Source: Myxococcota bacterium | GTDB taxonomy: Bacteria > Myxococcota_A > UBA9042 > PHBI01 > JAWLBL01 | NCBI GenBank assembly: GCA_041687695.1 | Contig: JAWLBL010000003.1 | Coordinates: forward strand, 151,660-215,659 | Reading direction: 5' to 3' | Length of the DNA stretch: 64,000 bases | Shown: one piece after another, positions 29,046 through 38,875 of the stretch | Numbering within the stretch: position 1 is the stretch's first letter | Layout: every line of letters begins with the position of its first letter | The notes under the pieces: generated by a model | Databases searched by the model: none | Told to the model about the DNA's origin: nothing | Seen by the model: only the letters and a program-made list of their open reading frames with translations | Program-made: the position numbers and the translations under genes

Positions 29046-29235
29046 GGGACCTCTGGAGCACGTGAGCGCCCCGGCCACGCGCCGGGGACACCCTCAGGCT
29101 TCAGCAAGGTCCGGGCCAAATCGCCCCACCGGCGTCGGCGGCAGGCCCGCCATGGATCCGCGCGGGCCGAAGCGCCCGCCGCGGCGACCGCGATGGGGCC
29201 CTGTCACACGCGCAAATGTGCCAAAAGGCACACCG

Positions 29236-29736
29236 TCAGGCGGCGACCTCGAGATCGTCGGGGGTCGCCGAGACGTTCACGCCCGACGACTCGACCCGAT
29301 ACTCGACACGCTCGCCTATGGTGGCCAGGGCCCGAATGCGCACCTTGGTCCCGGCGGCCAGCGGCATCACCGCGTTCTTGAGCACCGCCTGGGCGCCGCG
29401 CACGCTGAAGTCCAGGGTCGCGATGATGTACGGGTCCTTGCGCGGCTCGGCCTCGAGGCGCGCGGCGATGAGCGGGAACTCCTCTTCGCGCCAGCGGATC
29501 GACACGTCACCCACGCCGCCCGGCAGGCGGCCCGTCACGACCAGCTGCATCCGCTGGTCCATGTGGAAGGTGACGATGATGTCCTCGAGGCCCAGCTCGT
29601 CGACCACGGGCAGGCTGAAGTGCTCGGCCTGCTCGTGCAGCGCCTTGGCCAGCTGGCGGGCGAAGCGCTCGTCGAAGCGCTCGATGCCCTCGCCGAGGCG
29701 CGAGATGAGGCCGCCGAGGCTGTCGTATTCGGTCAT
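29236..29736 (-). CDS. hypothetical protein (166 aa)
   Basis: GGAG SD, ATG 29736, coding-type codon use. Confidence 0.75.
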   Translation of the reverse strand: MTEYDSLGGLISRLGEGIERFDERFARQLAKALHEQAEHFSLPVVDELGLEDIIVTFHMDQRMQLVVTGRLPGGVGDVSIRWREEEFPLIAARLEAEPRKDPYIIATLDFSVRGAQAVLKNAVMPLAAGTKVRIRALATIGERVEYRVESSGVNVSATPDDLEVAA

Positions 29737-29740
29737 GGGG

Positions 29741-30094
29741 CTACTCCGGGAGGCAACGCTCCGCGTCGGGCAGCGACTGCGCGCGGAGCACGCAGCGATA
29801 ATCGCTGACCTTGAGGTTGGCGCCGAAGAGCCGGTCACGACACCCGATGAGGGCGTCCGCCCCGTCGTCCATGGCCTCGCAGGCCCGCCCGGCGAAGGCG
29901 CCGGCGACGTCGCCCAGCAGCCCGTCGCGCGCGCCGCCCGCCGCCTGCTGCACCTGCAGCGTGCACAGCTTGCGGCAGGCGTGGCGCACCTGCGGCTCGT
30001 CGGCCGACACGAAGCGCTCGTGCAGCCCGAAGCTGAAGGCGGCCAGGGCCGCGCCGACGACGGCCATCAGGATGAGCACGGTGCGCAGGCTCAC
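29741..30094 (-). CDS. small exported Cys-containing hypothetical protein
   Basis: N-terminal hydrophobic helix, six Cys, GTGA overlap with the upstream gene. Confidence 0.65.
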   Translation of the reverse strand: MSLRTVLILMAVVGAALAAFSFGLHERFVSADEPQVRHACRKLCTLQVQQAAGGARDGLLGDVAGAFAGRACEAMDDGADALIGCRDRLFGANLKVSDYRCVLRAQSLPDAERCLPE

Positions 30095-31194
30095 GCGCTC
30101 ACCTCGCGCCGGCGGCGCACGACCCGCGGGTGGGCCGGGCCGTCGGAGGAGCCGGCGCGCGTCGAGGCGGTGGTGGCCGCGCCGGGGTGCGCCTGCGCGT
30201 GCTCGTTCAGCCAGCCCAGGACGTGCGGCCAGACCTCCTCGCGGGCGTGGTCGCCCAGGACGAGGTCGATGTGGCCGTAGTCGTGGCGGCAGCCGCTGTC
30301 GCGACCGAAGGCCGAGTAGCGCTTGTCGGTGCTGCCCACGGACTCGTAGACCCCCCGCAGATCACCGGCGGGCGTCAGCTGGTCGGCCGTGCCCGCGATG
30401 ACGTAGAGCGGCGCGGTGATCTGGCGCAAGCTCTCGGAGTAGCTGACGAATCCGTAGTGGTTCACCATGTTGCTCCCGGCGTACCAGTCGGCCAGCTGCT
30501 TGACGAGGCTGGCGGGGATGTCCTCCAAGGCGCAGCGCATCAGGCGCGACGCCTCGCTGGGGGCGAGGTTGTCGGGGTTGACGATGAGGTGACCGGTCCA
30601 GCGCAGGGTCCGCGCGAGCAGCGGCGACAGCGCGCTGCCGAGGCGGCCCTGGGGGATGCGGCCAATGTACTTCAGGAGCCCCCGCATGGGCACGATCGCG
30701 TCCAGCAGCGGCTGGTGGACGGCGCGCATCGAGGGCGAGCCGATGGTGACCATGCTGGCCGCCCAGTCGTTGCCCTGGGTGGCGAGGAAGGCGTAGCCGA
30801 GCATGCCGCCCATCGAGTGGCCGACCCAGTGGACGCGGTCGCGGCCGGTGACGCGCCTGACGTAGCGGATGGCGGCCGGGACGTCGTGGTAGAGGTAGTC
30901 GTCGAAGTTCCAGTCGAAGCGGTGGCGGTTCCAGGGCCGCGGGCGCGACGAGCGGCCGGCGCCGCGCAGCTCGAGCACCCACACGTCCCAGCCGTGCTCG
31001 TGAAGGAAGCGCGCGATCGACCGCTCGCCCGGGGCGTCGAGGTCGAAGCGGTTCGAGCTGAGGCCGTGGCACAGGATGACGGTGTCGATGGCGTCGCCGG
31101 GCGGGCGCTGCGCGTAGTGGTGGAGCGCGATCTTCCAGCCGTCACGGGTGGTGACGCGGTGGAGCCTGGGGCGATCTGGGCGACGAAGCATCAT
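30091..31194 (-). CDS. alpha/beta-fold hydrolase (lipase/esterase-like)
   Basis: LCHGLSSN, ELRGAG.S, GHSMGG nucleophile, D.L, YGHIDL. Confidence 0.9.
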   Translation of the reverse strand: MMLRRPDRPRLHRVTTRDGWKIALHHYAQRPPGDAIDTVILCHGLSSNRFDLDAPGERSIARFLHEHGWDVWVLELRGAGRSSRPRPWNRHRFDWNFDDYLYHDVPAAIRYVRRVTGRDRVHWVGHSMGGMLGYAFLATQGNDWAASMVTIGSPSMRAVHQPLLDAIVPMRGLLKYIGRIPQGRLGSALSPLLARTLRWTGHLIVNPDNLAPSEASRLMRCALEDIPASLVKQLADWYAGSNMVNHYGFVSYSESLRQITAPLYVIAGTADQLTPAGDLRGVYESVGSTDKRYSAFGRDSGCRHDYGHIDLVLGDHAREEVWPHVLGWLNEHAQAHPGAATTASTRAGSSDGPAHPRVVRRRREVSA

Positions 31195-31250
31195 GTCGCC
31201 AGCGTAGCAAAATTTCCGATTTCCGCGCGATTTTCACCGCTTGGGGGCCA

Positions 31251-32033
31251 TCATTGCGCCTCGTCGGTGCGCTCGGCGGCCAGCTCCTTGCCGGCGAAGA
31301 GGACCAGGGAGGCCCACAGGGCGAGGGCGCCGACGACGGCGAGGACGGCCAGCGAGTCGGCGGTGGGCAGCGGGCTGTGCAGGGCCGCGGTGAGCGGGTT
31401 GGCGGCGCCGGCGTCGCGCAGGCCCAGCAGGTTGGCGAGGTGGGCGCGCAGGGCCAGGTAGCCGACGCGGCCCGGGACCAGGCCGACGACGAACTCGACG
31501 AGGCCGATGTGCACGAGGCCCACGAAGAAGCCGCGGCGGAACACCAGGCTGACCAGGAGGTAGAGCGCGACGTAGGTGGCGGTGCCGAGGAGGGTGACCA
31601 GGACGTGGTCGCCGAGGGCGGGATCGATGGGCAGGTCGGCGAGGGCGGGGGCGACCAGGATGGCGGCCAGGGCGGGCGCCTGGACGAGGACGGCCAGCAG
31701 CCAGGCGGCCAGAGCGCGGCCGAGCAGGAAGGCGCGGCGCGGGACCGGGCGCAACAGGACCCAGGTCAGGGTGCCTCGGTCGAGCTCGTCGCCCACGACG
31801 GCCATGGCGTAGAAGAGCGAGACGAAGGGCATCAGGAAGCCCAGGTGCAGGTCGCGGACGGCCGTGGCGAAGGCGAAGTCGGCGCCGGCGGGGTCGGATT
31901 GGGTGACGCTGGCGACGGCGGCGACGGCCACCAGGGCGGCGGCGCCCAGCGGGAGGGCGAGGCGGCGAGGGTGCGCGAGCTGGCGGGTGAAGCTGGTGGC
32001 GAGCAGGCGCGCCTGGGCGAGCGAGAGGATCAC
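31251..32033 (-). CDS. ABC-2 type transporter permease
   Basis: multiple TM helices, DELDRGTLTWVLLRPVPR. Confidence 0.85.
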   Translation of the reverse strand: MILSLAQARLLATSFTRQLAHPRRLALPLGAAALVAVAAVASVTQSDPAGADFAFATAVRDLHLGFLMPFVSLFYAMAVVGDELDRGTLTWVLLRPVPRRAFLLGRALAAWLLAVLVQAPALAAILVAPALADLPIDPALGDHVLVTLLGTATYVALYLLVSLVFRRGFFVGLVHIGLVEFVVGLVPGRVGYLALRAHLANLLGLRDAGAANPLTAALHSPLPTADSLAVLAVVGALALWASLVLFAGKELAAERTDEAQ

Positions 32034-32965
32034 CGGCCCTCCAGGAGCAGGTTGAAGACGTGCTCGAGCGAGTCGTCGGGCGAGGTGAGCCCGGTGACGC
32101 GGACGCCCAGGGCGCGGGCGGCGCGGGGCAGGGCGTCGTAGACGGCGTCGGGGGCGCTGGCGTGGATGACCAGGGTCGAGGCGTCGCGGAAGTCGAGGCC
32201 GGCGACGGCGGGGTCGGCGGCGAGGGCGGCGCCGAGCTCGCGGGGGCGGTCGGCGGTGACAAATAGGCGGCGGGGGCGGGTGTCCATCAGGGCGCGGAGG
32301 TCCTCGATGTTGCCCTCGGCGAGGATGCGGCCGCGGTGGATGAGCAGGATGTCGCGGGTGAGGGCCTCTATTTCGTACAGGACGTGGCTGGACATCAGGA
32401 CGGCGGTGCCGGCGTCGACGCGGCGGCGGATGGCGGCCAGGATGTCGCGGCGGGAGATGGGGTCGGCGCCGGTCAGGGGCTCGTCGAGGACCAGCAGGCG
32501 CGGGTCGTGGGCGACGGCCTGGGCGAGCTTGGTCTTCTGGCGCATGCCCTTGGAGTAGCGGGCGATGGGCTTGTCGGCGTGCGGGGTGAGGCCGACCTCG
32601 TCGAGGGCCGCGGCGGCGCGGGCGGCGGCGTCGGCGGGCGTGAACTCGGCCAGGCGCAGGAGCCAAGCGACGAACTGGCGGCCGGTCATGTCCTCGTAGA
32701 AGGCGTCGAGCTCGGGGACGACGCCCAGGTGGCGGCGGAGGGCGGGGGCGGTGAAGGGCGCGTGGCCCAGGACGGTCAGGCGGCCGGAGGTGGGGCGGAT
32801 CTGGCCGGTGACCAGCTTCATGAAGGTGGACTTGCCTGCGCCGTTGGGGCCGAGGAGGCCGAGCACGCCGCCGTCCATGCGGACGGTGACCTCGTTCAAG
32901 GCCATGAAGCGGCCGTACAGGCGGGTGACGCCCTGCGCGTCGATGACGGGCGGCGCGGCGGTCAT
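32030..32965 (-). CDS. ABC transporter ATP-binding protein
   Basis: GPNGAGKST, YSKGMRQ, LVLDEP, SSH. Confidence 0.95.
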   Translation of the reverse strand: MTAAPPVIDAQGVTRLYGRFMALNEVTVRMDGGVLGLLGPNGAGKSTFMKLVTGQIRPTSGRLTVLGHAPFTAPALRRHLGVVPELDAFYEDMTGRQFVAWLLRLAEFTPADAAARAAAALDEVGLTPHADKPIARYSKGMRQKTKLAQAVAHDPRLLVLDEPLTGADPISRRDILAAIRRRVDAGTAVLMSSHVLYEIEALTRDILLIHRGRILAEGNIEDLRALMDTRPRRLFVTADRPRELGAALAADPAVAGLDFRDASTLVIHASAPDAVYDALPRAARALGVRVTGLTSPDDSLEHVFNLLLEGR

Positions 32966-33816
32966 GCTTCGCGGCGCCTCAGGCCGTCGAGGCGCGCCCA
33001 CAGGCCGATGGCGCAGGCGGCGGTGACGGCGGCCAGGATGACCAGGGCGGCCGGCTCGGCGCCGGGGGCGTCGAACAGGACGCGGCCGCTCTCGAGGAAC
33101 AGCCGCTGGATGGAGACGAGGCGGATGGCCGGGTGGTCGACCAGGGTGTTGTAGAGGGCGGCGGAGACGGCCTCGCTGAGGATGAACAGGGCGAGCCAGA
33201 GCAGGCCGACGTTGCGGCCGCGGCGGCCGAAGGCGCTCATGAGGAGGATGATGAGGCCGCCGGAGAGGGCGACCAGGCTGGAGTAGGCGAGGGCGAGCAG
33301 GGTCGAGCGGGCGGCGTCGGCGACGGGGAGCGACGGGACGAGCAGGAACTGGGCCACGGCGATGAGGACGGCGGGCAGCAGCGAGACGGCGGCCATGGCG
33401 GCGAGCAGGGCCGCGAGCTTGCCCAGCAGGTACTGGCCGGGGCCGAGGGGGCGCGCGAAGTAGAGCTGCCAGGCGCCCGAGGTGGTGTCCTTGGCGATGA
33501 GGTCGCCGCCGACCACGGCCATCATCAGGGCGACGAAGATGAGCTGGCCCCGGAAGAGATCGAGGAAGTAGTCGCCGCCCAGGGCGAGATCGAAGCCCTG
33601 CTGCGCGGCGGCCTGCTCGACGAAGATGCGGACCGACAGGAAGACCGCGGGCATCAACGCCAGCAGGGTCAGGCGGCGGACCCACTTGACGCGCCACATG
33701 GCGGCGATCTCGTAGCGGGCGATGACCGCGGCGCGCGACCGCGCCGACTCGCGCTCGCCCTCGTAGGGCTCGTAACCCTTGGCGTGCAGGGTCGCCTGGC
33801 GCGGCGGCGTCGTCAT
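32962..33816 (-). CDS. ABC-2 type transporter permease
   Basis: multiple TM helices, LIAKD...GAWQLYFARPL....YLLGK. Confidence 0.85.
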   Translation of the reverse strand: MTTPPRQATLHAKGYEPYEGERESARSRAAVIARYEIAAMWRVKWVRRLTLLALMPAVFLSVRIFVEQAAAQQGFDLALGGDYFLDLFRGQLIFVALMMAVVGGDLIAKDTTSGAWQLYFARPLGPGQYLLGKLAALLAAMAAVSLLPAVLIAVAQFLLVPSLPVADAARSTLLALAYSSLVALSGGLIILLMSAFGRRGRNVGLLWLALFILSEAVSAALYNTLVDHPAIRLVSIQRLFLESGRVLFDAPGAEPAALVILAAVTAACAIGLWARLDGLRRREA

Positions 33817-34751
33817 GGCGACCCCGCGGTGGCCCCGTCGGCGCGGCGCAGCTCGATGAAGTGCACGAAGGCATCCTGCAGCGTGCGCTCGTGGCGCTTG
33901 AGGTGCCGCACGCTCGCGCCGGCGGCCTCGGCGGCCCGCCAGACCACCTCGACGTCGTCGCCCTCGGGGAGGGCCACGAGCAGCAGCCCGTCGTCGCGAA
34001 CCTGGGCGCGGCAGCCGGCCGCCTCGAGCGCGGCGGCCATGGGCTCGGGAGCGCCACGCGTGCGCACCTCGTAGCGGCGCTCGGCGTCGCTGCGGAAGGC
34101 GGCCAGCGGCCCCGTGTGCAGGACCTGTCCCTCGTCCATCAGCATGACCGTGTCGCAGACGCGCTCGACGTCGTGCAGCAGGTGGCTCGACAGGATGACG
34201 CTGATGCCGTGGCGCGGCAGATCGGCGACGATGCCCAGCATCTCCTCGCGCCCGCGCGGGTCCAGGCCGTTGGTCGGCTCGTCCAGCAGGACCAGGCGCG
34301 GGTCGTGCACCAGGGCCTGCGCCAGCTTGACCTTCTGCTTCATGCCCGTCGACAGCGTGTCCACCGGGCGGTAGCGCTCCTCGCCCATCTGCACGTAGTC
34401 CAGCAGGATGTGGGCGCGCTTTCGCGCCGGATCCTCGGGCAGCCCGCTCAGGCGCGCCCCGTAGACCACCATCTCGTGCGCGGTGAAGCCCGGGAAGAAA
34501 GCCTCGGATTCGGGCATGTAGCCTATGCGCGCCCGGATCGCGGGCCCGTCCGTCCGCACGTCCCGCCCCAGCACGCGCACCTCGCCTCGCGCGAAGTCCA
34601 GCAGCCCCAGCACCACCTTCAGCAGCGTGGACTTGCCGGCCCCGTTCGGGCCCAACAGCCCTACGGCCCCCTCCGGCACCTGCGTCGTCACCGACTTCAG
34701 GGCGTGGAAGCTCCCGTACCACTTGTCGAGGCCGGCGATGTCGAGGATCAC
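33813..34751 (-). CDS. ABC transporter ATP-binding protein
   Basis: GPNGAGKST, LSTGMKQ, LLDEPTNGLDP, SSHLL. Confidence 0.95.
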   Translation of the reverse strand: MILDIAGLDKWYGSFHALKSVTTQVPEGAVGLLGPNGAGKSTLLKVVLGLLDFARGEVRVLGRDVRTDGPAIRARIGYMPESEAFFPGFTAHEMVVYGARLSGLPEDPARKRAHILLDYVQMGEERYRPVDTLSTGMKQKVKLAQALVHDPRLVLLDEPTNGLDPRGREEMLGIVADLPRHGISVILSSHLLHDVERVCDTVMLMDEGQVLHTGPLAAFRSDAERRYEVRTRGAPEPMAAALEAAGCRAQVRDDGLLLVALPEGDDVEVVWRAAEAAGASVRHLKRHERTLQDAFVHFIELRRADGATAGSP

Positions 34752-34927
34752 CGCGCCGTCATAGGCCGAAAGCCCCCGCGCGGCAAGGCGCGGGTGAATG
34801 CCCGTGGGAATGACCCGTCCATCGCGCGGTTCCACCCCGCGTGGGAACCTCGGCGCCGCCGTGGCCGCGCGAGCGTGCTTGCGCGCCACCGCCCAACGAT
34901 GTATTCGCTGCCCCCCTCGGAGGTCCG

Positions 34928-35665
34928 ATGTCCCCCGTCATCTCCAAGCGCTGGCTCAGCCGTCCGTGGGCGCTCGCCGCGTCCCTCGCCGCTGCCGCCC
35001 TCCTCGTCGCGCTCCCCGGGCGCGCCCCGGCGCAGCCCGCCGACGCCGCCGCCGTCCCCTCGGTCGAGCAGCTGGTCGACGGCGTCCAGGCCCGCTACGA
35101 GAAGGTGACCGACTTCAAGGCCAACTTCCGCCAGGTCGTCAAGCGCAAGCACCTGCCCCGCCCGCTCAACAAGCGCGGCATGGTCTACTTCAAAAAGCCC
35201 GGCATGATGCGCTGGGACTACACGCAGCCCGAGAAGGTCTACTACGTCTCCGACGGCAGCATCCTGTGGTCCTACCAGGCCGAGGACAAGCTCGCCTACA
35301 AGATGAACGTCAAGGAGAGCGAGCTGTACGGGTCGCTCAAGTTCCTGTTCGGGCAGGGCAACCTGCGCGGCGAGTTCAACATCGCCCGCGGCAAGGCCGA
35401 GGGCGGTACGGTCGCGCTCGAGCTGACGCCCAGGGTGGCGCAGTCCAACTACAAGAAGCTCGTCCTGCTGGTGGATCCGAAGACCTTCGAGATCCGCGAG
35501 ACCGAGCTGGTCGACCCGCTCGACAACGTCAGCCGGGTCAGCTTCGAGAACATCAAGTACGAGACGCTGGACCCCAAGGGGTTCAAGTTCGAGCCGCCCA
35601 AGGGCGTGCGGGTGCAGGACCTGCAGTCGCCCGGCGGGACGGCCGGAGATCCCGCGAGCCCATGA
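34928..35665 (+). CDS. lolA: outer-membrane lipoprotein carrier LolA
   Basis: signal peptide; A.F.Q, G.VYFKKPG.MRWDY..P, VSDG..LW.Y, F.F.PPKGV. Confidence 0.9.
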   Translation: MSPVISKRWLSRPWALAASLAAAALLVALPGRAPAQPADAAAVPSVEQLVDGVQARYEKVTDFKANFRQVVKRKHLPRPLNKRGMVYFKKPGMMRWDYTQPEKVYYVSDGSILWSYQAEDKLAYKMNVKESELYGSLKFLFGQGNLRGEFNIARGKAEGGTVALELTPRVAQSNYKKLVLLVDPKTFEIRETELVDPLDNVSRVSFENIKYETLDPKGFKFEPPKGVRVQDLQSPGGTAGDPASP

Positions 35666-37083
35666 CGACGACCCCGCCGCCGACGACCCCCGCGCCCGAG
35701 CCACAGGCCCCCCAGAAGGTCTTCTTCGTCTCGCTCGGATGCCCGAAGAACCGGGTGGACTCCGAGATCATGCTCGGCCAGCTGGCCGAGCGGCGCTATG
35801 AGGTCGTCGGCTCGGCGGACGAGGCCGATCTCCTGGTGGTCAACACCTGCAGCTTCGTCGAGGAGGCGCGCGAGGAGTCGGTCGACACCATCTTGGACCT
35901 CGCGCGCGCCAAGGACGAGGCGGGCGGCAAGAAGACGCTGGTCGTCGCCGGGTGCCTGACGCAGCGCTACGCCAAGGACCTGAAGGTCGAGCTGCCCGAG
36001 GTCGACGTCTTCCTGGGCACGGGCGACTACCACCGCCTGGGTGAGGTGGTCGACAAGCTGCGCCCGGCGGCGGTGGCCGATGCGCTGCCGGCGGCGCCGA
36101 ACGCCGAGCCGGTGCTGGCGGTGGGCAAGCCGGGCTACAACTACCACGCCTACAGCCCGCGCGTGGTGACGACCCCCGACTGGACGGCCTACGTCAAGAT
36201 CGCCGAAGGCTGCAGCCAGGTCTGCTCCTTCTGCATCATCCCGCGGCTGCGCGGCGGGGCCAAGAGCCGCCCGATGGACGACATCGCGCTCGAGGTGCAG
36301 CGCCTCGCCGACCGGGGCGTGAAGGAGATCAACCTCATCGCCCAGGATCTGACCCACTACGGCGACGACCTGAAGGGCGGCGGGCACGACCTGACGCGGC
36401 TGCTCGAGAAGCTGGTGAAGATCGACGGGATCCACTGGATTCGCCTCTTGTACTGCTACCCGCACAACTTCACCGACGGGCTCATCGACCTCATCGCGTC
36501 TGAAAGGCGCATCGCCAGCTACGTCGACATGCCGCTGCAGCACATCTCGGACCGGATGCTCGAGATCATGCGGCGGCGCTTCAGCGAGACCGACACCCGC
36601 GCGCTGGTGCGCCGCATGCGTGAGCGCATCCCGGACCTGGTCTTCCGCACGACCTTCATCGTCGGCCACCCGGGCGAGACCGAGGACGACTTCAAGCGCC
36701 TGTACGACTTCATCGAGGAGAGCCGGTTCGAGCGCTGCGGCGTCTTCAAGTACTCGAAGGAGGACGGCACGCGCGCCGGGAAGATGCCCGAGCAGGTGAT
36801 GTCGCTGGTCAAGGAGGACCGCTACCACCGGCTGATGACGCTGCAGCAGGGCATCTCGCAGGAGATCCAGGCCGCGATGGTCGGCCGCGAGGTCGAGCTG
36901 CTCGTCGAGGGGCCCTCGAGCGAGACCGATCTTCTGCTGCAGGCGCGCACCTGGGGCCAGGCGCCCGAGATCGACGGCGTGACCTATGTCAACGAAGGCT
37001 GGGCGCCCGCCGGCAGCATCGTGCGCGCCGAGATCGTGGACTCGGGCGACTACGACCTGGTCGCTCGCATCCTGCCCGACTGA
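35662..37083 (+). CDS. rimO: ribosomal protein S12 methylthiotransferase RimO
   Basis: SLGCPKNRVDSE, NTCSF, AGCL.QRY, KIAEGC...CSFCIIP, APEIDG. Confidence 0.95.
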   Translation: MTTTPPPTTPAPEPQAPQKVFFVSLGCPKNRVDSEIMLGQLAERRYEVVGSADEADLLVVNTCSFVEEAREESVDTILDLARAKDEAGGKKTLVVAGCLTQRYAKDLKVELPEVDVFLGTGDYHRLGEVVDKLRPAAVADALPAAPNAEPVLAVGKPGYNYHAYSPRVVTTPDWTAYVKIAEGCSQVCSFCIIPRLRGGAKSRPMDDIALEVQRLADRGVKEINLIAQDLTHYGDDLKGGGHDLTRLLEKLVKIDGIHWIRLLYCYPHNFTDGLIDLIASERRIASYVDMPLQHISDRMLEIMRRRFSETDTRALVRRMRERIPDLVFRTTFIVGHPGETEDDFKRLYDFIEESRFERCGVFKYSKEDGTRAGKMPEQVMSLVKEDRYHRLMTLQQGISQEIQAAMVGREVELLVEGPSSETDLLLQARTWGQAPEIDGVTYVNEGWAPAGSIVRAEIVDSGDYDLVARILPD

Positions 37084-37147
37084 TTCGCGTGGCCGGCGGA
37101 CGGGGCCTCCCCCATGGGGAAGACGCTCCGCCCGCCGCGTCTAGGAC

Positions 37148-38875
37148 TCAGGCGTCGAGCGGCCGCTGCAGGACGAGCGCCTTGAACTCGTGCGGGACCA
37201 GGCCCATCAGCCGGTCGATGATGGGGCGGAAGTCCAGGTCGCCCACGCGCTCGAGGTCGAGCTTGCCGTCGGCCAGCTGCTCGAGCATCGGCCGCGTGTA
37301 GCCGATCTTCTCCAGCGACAGCCCGTGGTCGGCGAACAGGGCCTGCAGCGCCTTGAAGTAGCTGCGGGTCGTCGCGAGGCCCTCTTGATCGGTGTCGAGG
37401 CCGAGCAGATCCACGACGAAGGCGAAGTCGGTGTGGAAGCCCAGCTCGCGCGCGACCAGGCTCAGGTGCCCGAAGTGGATGGACAGCTCGGGGTGGTCGA
37501 GCTGCGTCGACAGCACCGGCCAGCGCCCCATCTCGCCGAACTCGGTCAGGACCGCCGTGCCGCCCGGCGCGACGACCGGCCACAGCCGCTCGAGCAGCTT
37601 CATGGCGCCGATGTTCAGGTAGAACGGGTCGGGCGCGTCGCCGACGGGCAGCTTGTAGCGCAGCACCAGCTCGCCCGCGTCGCCCAGCTTGCCCAGGGTC
37701 GCCGCCCACGCCTCGTCCGAGGCCTCGTCCTCGGCGTCGTGCCTGTCGAGCCCGAGCTGCTCGTGCGTCAGCCGCACCGCCGGCAGGTCGCCGATCATCT
37801 CGTTCGAGATGACCAGATCGTAGCGCTCGCCCGGCCAGTCGACGGTCATCGCGTTGCCCATGTGCACCGTCACGGGCAGCCCGGCCGTCTGCTTACGCTG
37901 CGCCTCGGCCAGCGCGGGCGTCAGCTCGACGATGTCGTAGGTCACCGTCAGGCCGCGCTTTTGCAGCGCCTCGGTCACCGCCTTGGCCACCCACCCCAGC
38001 CCGCCGCCGATCTCGAGGACGCGGATGTCCCCCGACGCCGGGATGCGCCCGCGCTGCAGCAGCGCGTCGACCAGCGCCTCGCCGTAGGTGCGCCCGCCCA
38101 GCGCCGGGTGCGGCACCCGGAACAGGTGCGACAGGGTCGTCTCCTGGTGGTCGAACTGCGCCTCGGCGTCGTGCACCTCCTCCTCGTAGTACTGCTCGGG
38201 CGAGAAGGTGTCCGGGAACGCCTGCGGCAGCGGATCCCGGTCGGGATCGTACGGCGCGTAGGGCATCGTGCTGGTGAGGTACGGCGGCTTCAGGTGCTGG
38301 CGCGTCTTGTAGTACGACAGCGGCACCTGGCTGAGCTTGACCGCCTGCACCTCGTGGTGCGCCAGGCGCTCGACGAGATCGGCCACCGCCTCGGCGCCAT
38401 GCGCTTCGGCCAGGACGGACAAGCGCGTCTCCGAGTCGAAGGCGTCCCAGATGGCGGCCTCGGCCGGCGTCAGCGTGTGACGCGCCACCTCGCGCTCGCC
38501 CCACCCGGCGTAGAACGTCAGCGACCCGTCCTCGCCGCGCTCCCACACGTTCCAGCGCGCCTTGACCGGCACCTTGTCCCACAGCCCGTCGCGCTCGTCC
38601 TGCCCCGGCGTCACCAGGCAGCCGAACTGCAGGAACACGCCGACGAACGACTCGGGCGTCTGCTCGCCGAAGGCGTTGCCGTACTCGGTGCAGACCGCCT
38701 CGGGGAGCACGGGCGTCTTGAAGGCGTTCAGGAACTCGAGGATGTCCGGGCTCATCTTCAGGATGTACCCGTACAGGTCGTGGTAGACGTAGACCTCGCC
38801 CATGTGGGCGAAGGTCGAGACGTACTTCGAACGCTTGAGATGGCGGCTGTCGTAGGCATCTACTGAGGCAGACAC
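37148..38875 (-). CDS. class I SAM-dependent methyltransferase (MidA/NDUFAF7-like) with N-terminal PqqD/RRE-like segments
   Basis: GTG 38875 after GGAGG; VLEIGGGLG, Y.IVE..P.L, ISNEMIGDLP; overlaps the upstream gene stop. Confidence 0.8.
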   Translation of the reverse strand: MSASVDAYDSRHLKRSKYVSTFAHMGEVYVYHDLYGYILKMSPDILEFLNAFKTPVLPEAVCTEYGNAFGEQTPESFVGVFLQFGCLVTPGQDERDGLWDKVPVKARWNVWERGEDGSLTFYAGWGEREVARHTLTPAEAAIWDAFDSETRLSVLAEAHGAEAVADLVERLAHHEVQAVKLSQVPLSYYKTRQHLKPPYLTSTMPYAPYDPDRDPLPQAFPDTFSPEQYYEEEVHDAEAQFDHQETTLSHLFRVPHPALGGRTYGEALVDALLQRGRIPASGDIRVLEIGGGLGWVAKAVTEALQKRGLTVTYDIVELTPALAEAQRKQTAGLPVTVHMGNAMTVDWPGERYDLVISNEMIGDLPAVRLTHEQLGLDRHDAEDEASDEAWAATLGKLGDAGELVLRYKLPVGDAPDPFYLNIGAMKLLERLWPVVAPGGTAVLTEFGEMGRWPVLSTQLDHPELSIHFGHLSLVARELGFHTDFAFVVDLLGLDTDQEGLATTRSYFKALQALFADHGLSLEKIGYTRPMLEQLADGKLDLERVGDLDFRPIIDRLMGLVPHEFKALVLQRPLDA

